In this document: positions 15,649-23,526 of the stretch, one piece after another
How the letters are laid out: every line of letters begins with the position of its first letter
Position numbering within the stretch: position 1 is the stretch's first letter
Source of the DNA: Gaiellaceae bacterium
GTDB taxonomy: Bacteria > Actinomycetota > Thermoleophilia > Gaiellales > Gaiellaceae
Direction: 5' to 3'
Length of the DNA: 28,806 nt
Assembly (NCBI GenBank): GCA_036380395.1
Contig: DASVEU010000117.1
Coordinates: 1 to 28,806, forward strand
Translations under genes and position numbers: made by a program
The notes under the pieces: generated by a model
What the model saw: the letters and a program-made list of their open reading frames with translations, nothing else
Databases searched by the model: none
What the model was told of the DNA's origin: nothing

Positions 15649-18167
15649 CTCCGAACCCGAGTGTTCTCTGGATCGAAGAGCGGGCGGCTGCCCTTGACCG
15701 CGACGCTGACGGGATAGCGGTCGCCCATGTATTGGACCAGGAGCTTGTTGCCCTCCTCCGCATGCTCGGGCGGCAGGTATGCGAGCAGCACGTGCTTGCC
15801 CACGGAGGGCCCCGAGCCCGCGCTGGTCACGTAAGAGCCTCGTCCTTTGCTGTCGGCGATCCGCGCGCCGTCCGCCGTGAGGATCGGCTCGCGCCCGAGC
15901 ATGTAGCGCTTCTTTCCGTTCGAGGGCGAGGTGTTGTCGTCGACGGTGAGCGTCGAGAGAATCGCCGCGGGCTCCTCGTTCCGGTGGCGGACGTGCGCGT
16001 CCTTGCCGATGAAGTCGGCATCCTTCACCTTCGGCCGCTGCATGTCGGCCTCGACGACGTTGTATTCCGTCTCCAGTTCCGCGCCGTACAACCGGTAGCC
16101 CTTTTCGATCCGGCCGGTCGTGCCGTAGACGCCGATCCCTGACGGGACGACGCCGAACGGCTGTCCCGCCTCTCGGATCGTGTCCCACAGCGCGGCGCCT
16201 TGCTCCATCGGGGCGTACAGCTCCCAGCCGAGCTCGCCGACGTACGAGATGCGCGACGCGAGGGTACGTACTGGCCCGATGTCGATCCAGCGGCAGCGCA
16301 AGAACGGAAAGCCCTCGTGTGAGACGTCGGCGCTCGTGGTTGCTTCCAGGATGTCGCGCGCGCGCGGCCCCCAGAGGCCGAGCGTGCACCATGCGGAGGT
16401 CACGTCGTCGAGCGCGGCGGAGCCGTCCGCGGGCAGCTGGTCCTCGAACCACTTGCGGTCGCGCGGACCGTCCAGGCCGCCGGTGACGACCCGGAAGAAG
16501 TTGTCGCCGAGACGCATGATCGTGAGGTCGGCCTTGAAGCCACCGTGCTGGTCGAGAATCGACGTGTAGACGACTCGGCCGACCGCGACGTCCATCTCCG
16601 CAAGCGCCAGGCGCTGCAAGTGTTCAAGCGCTCCGGAGCCGACGATGTCGAAGACGGCGAAGGCCGAGATGTCGATCATCGCCGCACGGTCGCGCATCGC
16701 AAGATGCTCGGCGTTGATGATCGGCGACCACCAGCGCGATTCCCACTCCGCCTCGCGAGGCATCACGCGGTCGCCGTACTCCTCGAGCAGCGGCTCGTTC
16801 GACGCGTACCACCACGGACGCTCCCAGCCGGCGGTCTCGTAGAACACCGCGCTCAGCTCGCGCTCGCGCGCGTAGAACGGGCTCAACCGCACCTCGCGGT
16901 TCGACAGCCACTGCTCCATCGGATGAACGATCCCGTAGGTGCGGTTGTAGCCCTCCGAGGAGCGTGCGTCGACGTGGCGCTTCGTGCGCTGATGCGGGTA
17001 GAAGCGCGCCACGTCCGCGGTATGCAGATCTGTCTCCGGCGCGCCTTCCACGGCCCATTCGGCGACGGCCTTCGCGATCCCGGGTGCCTCCTTGATCCAG
17101 ATCGCGGCGACGGACCACAGGTTCTTGACCTCCGTCTCTCCCAGCAGGGGCATGCCGTCGGGAGTGAGCGACAGCAGCCCGTTGATCGCGTGCCGGATGC
17201 CCGCTCCCTCGACGGTGAGGATCTCCGGGAAGAGCTCGAGTGCCTGCTCGAGCTGCGGATCGAAGTCCTCGGACGTGAACGGCAGCTCGGTCGGCGACAG
17301 CGCGGACTCCTCGATCGATGGGATCTGGTCGGGCTCCAGCAGAATCGCGCGGTGCGCGTACGAGCCGACCTCCATGTCGCTTCCGTTCTGGCGCTCGTAC
17401 ATGTTCGTGTCCACGTCGCGCACGATCGGGAAGGAGATCTCGCCGGGCGTCTCTTCGAAGAGCGGGATCGGTCCCACGCTGATCATCTGGTGCACAGCCG
17501 GCGTCAGCGGGATCGTCGCGCCCGCCATGCGCGCGATGCGCGGGCTCCAGATCCCGCACGCGACGAACACGTACTCGGCGTCGATCGAGCCTTTGTCGGT
17601 GTGGACGCGCCGCACACGGTTGTTCTCGACGTCGATACCGGTGACCTCGGTGCTGGCGAACACGCTCGCACCGCGTTCCTGCGCGTACTCGCGCATCAGC
17701 GTGCCGGCGCGCAACGGGTCGACGACGGAAACGCCCGGCGTGTAGAAGCCGCCGAGAATGACGTCCGTGTTGAGGAACGGCACCTTCTTGAGCACCTGCG
17801 CCGGCGTCAGCAGCTCGCACCCCTCCTCGCCCCAGGAGAGCGCCGACGACATCCGCCGGTTCAGCTCCTCCATCCGCTCCTTCGTCCGGGCGACCTCGAC
17901 GCCGCCGCTGATCGTGGCGAGCCCGAGCTCGATGTACTGGCGGGCGCTCTCTTTCGTGAGCGTCGTCATCTCCTTCGAGTGGTCGACAGGGAAGATGAAG
18001 TTCGACGCGTGACCCGTCGAGCCGCCTGGGTTGGGCAGGGGACCCTGCTCGAGCAAGACCAGATCCGTCCAGCCGAGCCGCGAGAGGTGGTACGCGATGC
18101 TGTTGCCGACGATGCCGGCGCCGACCACTACGGCCTGCGCGGATGACGGTAGAGGGATAGTGCTCAC
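15645..18167 (-). CDS. Dimethylglycine/sarcosine dehydrogenase-like flavoprotein (FAD oxidase domain plus GcvT-like THF-binding domain)
   Basis: VVVGAGIVG (FAD), GPLPNPGGSTGHASNF (covalent-FAD His position as in dimethylglycine oxidase), AVHQM, INGLLSLTPDGMPLLG, FYETAGWERPWWY, C-terminal RISYVGELGWELY and RIEKGYRLYG. 840 aa, coupled to etfBA. Confidence 0.88.
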   Translation of the reverse strand: MSTIPLPSSAQAVVVGAGIVGNSIAYHLSRLGWTDLVLLEQGPLPNPGGSTGHASNFIFPVDHSKEMTTLTKESARQYIELGLATISGGVEVARTKERMEELNRRMSSALSWGEEGCELLTPAQVLKKVPFLNTDVILGGFYTPGVSVVDPLRAGTLMREYAQERGASVFASTEVTGIDVENNRVRRVHTDKGSIDAEYVFVACGIWSPRIARMAGATIPLTPAVHQMISVGPIPLFEETPGEISFPIVRDVDTNMYERQNGSDMEVGSYAHRAILLEPDQIPSIEESALSPTELPFTSEDFDPQLEQALELFPEILTVEGAGIRHAINGLLSLTPDGMPLLGETEVKNLWSVAAIWIKEAPGIAKAVAEWAVEGAPETDLHTADVARFYPHQRTKRHVDARSSEGYNRTYGIVHPMEQWLSNREVRLSPFYARERELSAVFYETAGWERPWWYASNEPLLEEYGDRVMPREAEWESRWWSPIINAEHLAMRDRAAMIDISAFAVFDIVGSGALEHLQRLALAEMDVAVGRVVYTSILDQHGGFKADLTIMRLGDNFFRVVTGGLDGPRDRKWFEDQLPADGSAALDDVTSAWCTLGLWGPRARDILEATTSADVSHEGFPFLRCRWIDIGPVRTLASRISYVGELGWELYAPMEQGAALWDTIREAGQPFGVVPSGIGVYGTTGRIEKGYRLYGAELETEYNVVEADMQRPKVKDADFIGKDAHVRHRNEEPAAILSTLTVDDNTSPSNGKKRYMLGREPILTADGARIADSKGRGSYVTSAGSGPSVGKHVLLAYLPPEHAEEGNKLLVQYMGDRYPVSVAVKGSRPLFDPENTRVRS

Positions 18168-18850
18168 GCGCTCGTCAGCACTCGCCGCATGACCTCTTCG
18201 AAGTCGAGCACGTGCCGGCGCATCGTCGCCTCGGCGCGGTCGGCGTCTCCGTCACGAATTGCCTCCAAGAGCTCGCGATGGCCCAACACCGCCTCCTCCA
18301 GCTCCGGGGCGCGATCGAGCGCGAGGTACCAGATCCGCAGCGCCAGGACGTAGTACTCCTCGAGTGTGGCCTCGAGGAAGGGGTTGTGGGCACAGCTGTA
18401 CACCTGACGGTGGATCCGCTCGTCCAGGGCCATCAGCTCGCGCGCGTCCAGCTCGCTCTGGCCTCCCAACTCGCCGAGGAGGGTCTCCAACGCGTTGCGG
18501 TCTTCGTCGGTCGCCCGCTCGGCGGCGAGGCGCGCTACGTGGCTTTCCAGAGCCGATCGCACCTCAGCGAGACTGGCCAGATCGCGGATCTCCACGCTCG
18601 TGACGAACATGCCCCGGCGGGGGTAGACCTCGACCAATCGCTCCTGCGAGAGGCGACGTAGGGCCTCGCGGGTCGGCGTGCGCCCGATCCCGAGTCGGTC
18701 CATCAACCCGCGCTCGTCGATCACCGCCCCGGGCCGCAGCTCGACCGAAACGATCATCTCCCGGATCGCGTGGTACGCCCGGTCGGCGAGCGAGGCCGTC
18801 GCCCCGCTCGAGGCCTGGAGGACGCTGACCTGCCCCTTCGCCTCTGCCAC
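18164..18850 (-). CDS. GntR family transcriptional regulator (FCD domain)
   Basis: HTH LADRAYHAIREMI...LRPG...LGIGRTPTREALRRL..E.LVEVYPRRGMFV; FCD motifs LDERIH and HRELLEAIRDGDADRAEATMRRHV. Confidence 0.94.
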   Translation of the reverse strand: MAEAKGQVSVLQASSGATASLADRAYHAIREMIVSVELRPGAVIDERGLMDRLGIGRTPTREALRRLSQERLVEVYPRRGMFVTSVEIRDLASLAEVRSALESHVARLAAERATDEDRNALETLLGELGGQSELDARELMALDERIHRQVYSCAHNPFLEATLEEYYVLALRIWYLALDRAPELEEAVLGHRELLEAIRDGDADRAEATMRRHVLDFEEVMRRVLTSA

Positions 18851-18851
18851 G

Positions 18852-18872
18852 GAGATACATTACTCATATCTC
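18852..18872. promoter_or_regulatory. Inverted repeat GAGATA-N9-TATCTC; candidate GntR operator overlapping divergent -10 boxes
   Basis: AT-rich dyad directly upstream of the gntR GTG. It contains TAATGT (minus strand, 6 nt from the start) and TACATT (plus strand). Confidence 0.5.
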
Positions 18873-18914
18873 AGTTCGTTCCCATCCGCACCAGAACGGG
18901 ACGTAGAGGACGCC

Positions 18915-19664
18915 GTGACGGGCTCTTCTGAAATCGAGGACGACGTCGTAGCCGAGGGCGTCCGGGTCCTCTCGGCCGCGCGCGACCAGGCTCTGCCGCT
19001 TCGTCTGCTTGGCGGCGTCGCTGTCCGCCTCAGGAGTCGGAACGAATTGCCTGCGGCGCTGCAACGGACGTACGGCGACCTCGACTTCGTTACCGCCCGG
19101 CGTGCCTCGGGTCCTGCGCAGAAGTTCTTCCGCGACCTCGGTTACTCGCCGCAGGTTTCATTCAACGCACTCAACTCGCGGGAACGCCTGCTCTTCTTCG
19201 ACGAGGATCACGGCCGCCAGGTCGACGTCTTCGTGGGCTCGTTCCGCATGTGCCACGAGATTCCGCTCGAAGGACGCATGGAGCTGGACGAGACGTCGAT
19301 CCCACTCGCCGAGCTCCTGCTGACGAAGCTGCAGGTAATTCAGCTGAACGAGAAGGACGTGCGCGATGCGATCGCGGTCCTGCATGACCGTGAGCTCGGA
19401 GACGAGGACGGCGACACGGTCAACGCGGGACGGATTGCGCAACTCTGCTGTGAGGACTGGGGCCTCTGGCGGACAATCACCCGCAACCTCGAAGCGTGCC
19501 GTAAGCAGGCGGGTGCCTACGGCGAGGATCTCGCCGACGTTGCCACCCGCTTCTCGGAGCTCGAGGAGCGGATCGAGGCCGAGCCGAAGTCACGCGCCTG
19601 GCGCCTGCGCGCGAAGATCGGCGAACGCAAGCGCTGGTACGACCTTCCGGAGGAACGCGCATGA
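18915..19664 (+). CDS. Uncharacterised nucleotidyltransferase-fold protein (Pol-beta superfamily)
   Basis: LLGGVAV (GG.A), RTYGDLDFV (DxD), a third Asp in VDVF and helical LAELLLTKL. GAGG SD before GTG 18915; I moved the start from 18678. Confidence 0.7.
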   Translation: MTGSSEIEDDVVAEGVRVLSAARDQALPLRLLGGVAVRLRSRNELPAALQRTYGDLDFVTARRASGPAQKFFRDLGYSPQVSFNALNSRERLLFFDEDHGRQVDVFVGSFRMCHEIPLEGRMELDETSIPLAELLLTKLQVIQLNEKDVRDAIAVLHDRELGDEDGDTVNAGRIAQLCCEDWGLWRTITRNLEACRKQAGAYGEDLADVATRFSELEERIEAEPKSRAWRLRAKIGERKRWYDLPEERA

Positions 19665-20602
19665 GGCTCTTCTTCGCCACTGACATCCACGGGTCCGAGA
19701 CGTGCTGGCGGAAGTTCCTGAACAGCGGGCTGCATTACGAGGCGGACGTAATCGTCCTCGGAGGCGACATGACCGGGAAGGCGCTCGTTCCCGTCGTCGA
19801 CGAAGGCGACGGCCGCTGGCACGCCACCCTGCTCGAAAACCGCGAAGAGCTCGTCGGCGAAGACGAGGTCGTGGCCTTCGAGGAAGCCGTGATTCGGCGC
19901 GGTTACTACCCGTTCAGGACCACATCCGAAGAGGTGCGCGAGCTGCAAGACGACGAGGCGCGTTGGCACGGGCTGTTCGAGGACGAGATGCTGAAGACCG
20001 TGGAGCGGTGGATGCAGGTGGCGGATGAGAAGCTTGCCGGCAAAGGCATCCGCTGCTTCGTCTGTCCCGGCAACGATGATCAGCTCAACGTCGACGATGT
20101 CATCCGCGGCGCGAAGAGCGTCGAGCTCGCCGAGGGAGAGGTGGTCGAGATCGGCGGGTACCAGATGGTCTCGAGCGGCTGGGCGAACCGAACACCGTGG
20201 GATACCTATCGAGAGGAGGATGAGGAGGACCTCGAGATCCGGATCCGGAAGATCACGGATCAGGTGACGGCCCCTCCCGAGCGGACGATCTTCAGTTTGC
20301 ACTGTCCTCCGTACAAGTCCGGGCTCGACGACGCTCCACAACTGACGAAGGACATGCATCTGAAGGAGGCGGGACGCTCCACTGTCCCGGTCGGCTCGAC
20401 CGCGGTGCGCGCAGCGATCGAAGAGCATCAGCCCTGCCTCGGCCTCCACGGTCACATCCACGAGGCGAAGGGCACCACGCGCATCGGCCGAACTCTCTGC
20501 ATCAACCCGGGGAGCTCGTACGAGCAAGGCCAGCTGCTCGGTGCCGTCGTCGATCTCGACGGCAAGAAGAAGGTCAAGCGGTTCATCCTCACGAGCGGAT
20601 AG
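19661..20602 (+). CDS. Calcineurin-like metallophosphoesterase (Icc-related)
   Basis: ATDIHGS (DxH), GGDMTGK (GD), PGNDD (GNxx variant), HCPP, HGHIHE (GHxH), INPGS. ATGA overlap with the nucleotidyltransferase. Confidence 0.9.
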   Translation: MRLFFATDIHGSETCWRKFLNSGLHYEADVIVLGGDMTGKALVPVVDEGDGRWHATLLENREELVGEDEVVAFEEAVIRRGYYPFRTTSEEVRELQDDEARWHGLFEDEMLKTVERWMQVADEKLAGKGIRCFVCPGNDDQLNVDDVIRGAKSVELAEGEVVEIGGYQMVSSGWANRTPWDTYREEDEEDLEIRIRKITDQVTAPPERTIFSLHCPPYKSGLDDAPQLTKDMHLKEAGRSTVPVGSTAVRAAIEEHQPCLGLHGHIHEAKGTTRIGRTLCINPGSSYEQGQLLGAVVDLDGKKKVKRFILTSG

Positions 20603-20613
20603 GAGGAACACGA

Positions 20614-22230
20614 ATGGCAACGATGTCCGGGCCAGCTCAAGCAGGAGAGCAAGCCCTTTTCGTCCGCAAGGCGACCGGCCTCGTCAAAGGCTGGTCGGTC
20701 CGCGACGCGTTCATCTACTCGGCGATCTCGATCAACTTCGTCACGCTGGGCCTGTACGCGTTCTCCTTCGCGAACTTCATTCCCAGGGGCAGCCTGTTCT
20801 GGGCGGCGATCCTCTCGGGTGCGTACCTGATCTTCCAGGCGATCACCTACGCCTCGCTGATTGCGGCGATGCCGCGCGCCGGCGGCGACTACGTCTGGAT
20901 CAGCCGGACGCTCGGCGGCGGGATCGGGTTCGTGCTGGCCGCTTGCGGATGGTGGTTCATCCTCTGGCACTGGGTCCCGATCTACGCGAACATCCTCAAC
21001 ATCATGGTGCTGGGCCCGCTCTCGGCCATCGTCGGCTGGGATCGCGGAGTCACGTTCTGGTCGAGCCACAACGGCGTTTTCACCTCGTCGATGATCGTCG
21101 CGCTGATGGCGTCGGTGCTGGTTGCGGCCGGGGTCCGGGCGTACGCACGCTTCCAGAAGATCTGCTTCTACGGCGGCTGCGTGGGCCTCCTGATCATGTT
21201 CATCCTCCTTGTCGTACATTCGAAGAGCGACTTCATCTCCGCGTTCAACGCGCAGGCGCACGACGTCTACCACACCTCCGGGGACGCGTACGCGGCGACG
21301 GCGAAGGCGGGCAGCGCGGGGACCTACGCATCACTCGGGTCATTCCACTTCGGCCAGATCGTGCTGTTGATTCCGATCCTCTTCTTCTTCAATCTCTGGT
21401 CGAACTGGGGTGCGACTCTGTACGGCGAGGTCCGGGGAGCGTCGGACTTCCGCAAGAACATCTACGCGATGGGCGGGGCTCTGCTCGCGACGACCGCGGT
21501 CGCGGCGATCTTCTTCGGCCTGTTTGCACACACGTTCGGCTGGCAGTGGTATCACGCGTCGAACGCCGCCTACTGGGCCGGTACCGGGCCGCTCGGCGTC
21601 TTTCCCTACCCAGGAACGCTGGTTGCCTTCTTCACCGGGAGCGCTGCGCTCCAGTTCATCATCGTCGGCATCCTGAGCCTCTGGTTCTTCGGCTGGGTCG
21701 GGACGGTCTTCCTGTCGTCGACCCGCGTCGTCTTCGCTGCGGCGTTCGACCGCGTCCTGCCCGAGGCCGCGGCGAAGGTCAGTGCCAAGGGCGTCCCGTA
21801 CGGTGCGCTGGCGTTGATGCTGATCCCGTCGATTCCGATCAGCTACTTCTACGCGTACAACACGAAGTTCAGCAGTTGGACGTTCGACGCAACGTTGGTG
21901 ATCGCGATCACGTTCCTCGGCTCGGCGGTCTCGGCGGCGATCTTCCCGTGGCGCCGGCCGGACATCTACAACGCCTCGCCGATCGCGAAGTACAAGGTGG
22001 CCGGCATTCCGCTGATCACCGCGGCGGCGACGGCCTTCACGGCGATCCTCGTGTTCGCCCTCTACCACTGGTTCAAGGACTCCGTCTACGGCGTCAACTT
22101 CCGGAACTCGGAGTACTACATGGCGGTGCTCTATGGCGTTGCGATCGCGGTCTACGTCGTGTCGTGGCTCTACCGACGCTCGCAAGGGTTGAGTCTGAAG
22201 ATGGTCTATGGAGAGATACCGGCTGAGTAG
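20614..22230 (+). CDS. APC superfamily amino acid/amine permease
   Basis: Strong SD AGGAGG; about 12 hydrophobic segments; LFVRKATGLVK, AMPRAGGDYVWISRTLG, YGEV, SSTRVVFAAAFDRVLP. Confidence 0.9.
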   Translation: MATMSGPAQAGEQALFVRKATGLVKGWSVRDAFIYSAISINFVTLGLYAFSFANFIPRGSLFWAAILSGAYLIFQAITYASLIAAMPRAGGDYVWISRTLGGGIGFVLAACGWWFILWHWVPIYANILNIMVLGPLSAIVGWDRGVTFWSSHNGVFTSSMIVALMASVLVAAGVRAYARFQKICFYGGCVGLLIMFILLVVHSKSDFISAFNAQAHDVYHTSGDAYAATAKAGSAGTYASLGSFHFGQIVLLIPILFFFNLWSNWGATLYGEVRGASDFRKNIYAMGGALLATTAVAAIFFGLFAHTFGWQWYHASNAAYWAGTGPLGVFPYPGTLVAFFTGSAALQFIIVGILSLWFFGWVGTVFLSSTRVVFAAAFDRVLPEAAAKVSAKGVPYGALALMLIPSIPISYFYAYNTKFSSWTFDATLVIAITFLGSAVSAAIFPWRRPDIYNASPIAKYKVAGIPLITAAATAFTAILVFALYHWFKDSVYGVNFRNSEYYMAVLYGVAIAVYVVSWLYRRSQGLSLKMVYGEIPAE

Positions 22231-22243
22231 CCGGCGAAACCTG

Positions 22244-22279
22244 GGGAGCGCCTCGGGCGAACAGCTGCGAGGCGCTTCC
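22244..22279 (+). terminator. 12-bp GC-rich hairpin after the permease (terminator/attenuator-like)
   Basis: GGGAGCGCCTCG-N12-CGAGGCGCTTCC with one G-U pair. There is no U-tract. Confidence 0.4.
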
Positions 22280-22353
22280 TCGTCTGTCAGAGCTCGAGGC
22301 CGAACGACGACGAGCGATGGCGCCCCACGACCGTGCGATAGGCTCGCCGCCCC

Positions 22354-23526
22354 GTGAGCGTAGAAGTCGAGACAGTCCGAACGGTCGAAGTGCCGACTCG
22401 GATCGTCCATGGTGCCGGCGCGATCGCGCGCGTGGGCGAGCTCGTCGCGGAGCTGGGAGTCAGTCGGCCGCTTCTGGTCACGGACAAAGGAGTCGTCGCG
22501 GCCGGTCTCGCCGATGCGACGCTTGCGCACCTCGAGAACGCGGTCCTCTTCGACGAGGTCCGCGCAAACCCGGACATCGAGCTCGTCGGGCGCGCCCGGA
22601 CCGCGTACGTCGAAGCCGGCTGCGACGGCCTCATCGCCCTCGGCGGCGGGAGCTCGATGGACACGGCGAAGTCGGTTGGCGTCGAGGTCGTCCACGGCGG
22701 CTCGATTGTCGAGTACGAGTACGGCGGGACGCCGATCACGACGCGCATCCCGCCGCTTGTCGCGGTGCCCACGACAGCGGGAACCGGGAGCGAGGCCACG
22801 CTCTGGGCCGTGATCACGGATCCGGAGCGAAAGATCAAGTTCAACGTCGGCGGCACGCCGTTGATCGGCGCGCACGTCGCGCTCGTCGACCCCGAGCTGA
22901 TGCTCGGCCTTCCGCCGGCGATCACCGCGGCGACCGGGATGGATGCACTCTCGCACGCGATCGAGTGCTACACGTGTGACTACCACCAACCCTTCAACGA
23001 CGCCGTTGCGCTCCTGGCGACCGAGCTCGTCGCACGCTCGCTGCGCGTCGCCTACGAAGACGGCGGCGATCTCGAGGCGCGCACGGACATGGCGCACGCC
23101 GCGACACTCGGCGGACTTGCCTACGGGACCGAGAGCGCGGGCGCAGCCCATGCCATGAGCCAGTCGGCAGGCGGCGTGCACGAGTGTCCGCACGGCGCGC
23201 TCACGGCACGAGTGCTCGGACCTGTGTGCGAGTACAACGCGCCCGCGGACCCGGAGCGCTACGCCCGCATCGCGCAGGGTCTCGGGGTCGACGTCCACGG
23301 ACTGTCTCCACTCGAAGCCGCGCTTGCCGGGGTCGATGAGGTCTACCGGCTCACTGACGACGTCGGCATTCCGAGCATGGCAGAGCTCGGCTTCTCGGAG
23401 GAAGAGATTCCGATGCTTGCCAGAATCGCCTACGAGGATCCGCAGACGATCGGAAACCCACGCGAGGTCGACGCCACCGCCTACGAAGAGATCTATCGCA
23501 ACTCCTTCGCGAGAGGGAAACGCTGA
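22354..23526 (+). CDS. gbsB: Iron-containing (type III) alcohol dehydrogenase, GbsB-type choline dehydrogenase
   Basis: General Fe-ADH motifs (GGGSSMDTAK, PTTAGTGSE, GMDALSHAIECY). It also has segments I recognise from B. subtilis GbsB: RIPPL, KFN.GG.PLI.AH, YG[ST]ESAGAAHAMSQ and DPQT.GNPR. Confidence 0.85.
   Translation: MSVEVETVRTVEVPTRIVHGAGAIARVGELVAELGVSRPLLVTDKGVVAAGLADATLAHLENAVLFDEVRANPDIELVGRARTAYVEAGCDGLIALGGGSSMDTAKSVGVEVVHGGSIVEYEYGGTPITTRIPPLVAVPTTAGTGSEATLWAVITDPERKIKFNVGGTPLIGAHVALVDPELMLGLPPAITAATGMDALSHAIECYTCDYHQPFNDAVALLATELVARSLRVAYEDGGDLEARTDMAHAATLGGLAYGTESAGAAHAMSQSAGGVHECPHGALTARVLGPVCEYNAPADPERYARIAQGLGVDVHGLSPLEAALAGVDEVYRLTDDVGIPSMAELGFSEEEIPMLARIAYEDPQTIGNPREVDATAYEEIYRNSFARGKR

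Noticed and set aside
18915-19664. Type IV toxin-antitoxin / AbiEii abortive-infection toxin
   Set aside because: The motif layout is similar, but there is no AbiEi-type antitoxin or mobile context, and the gene is coupled to a phosphoesterase in a metabolic operon. It is kept only as an alternative to test.
22209-22290. Glycine riboswitch-like pattern (GGAGAGA, hairpin, CGAA ... CTGTCAG) upstream of a gcvT-family operon
   Set aside because: GGAGAG lies inside the permease coding sequence (YGEIPAE), and the conserved CCGAAGG-GCAA and CTCTCAGG cores are not matched. An Infernal RF00504 search would settle it.
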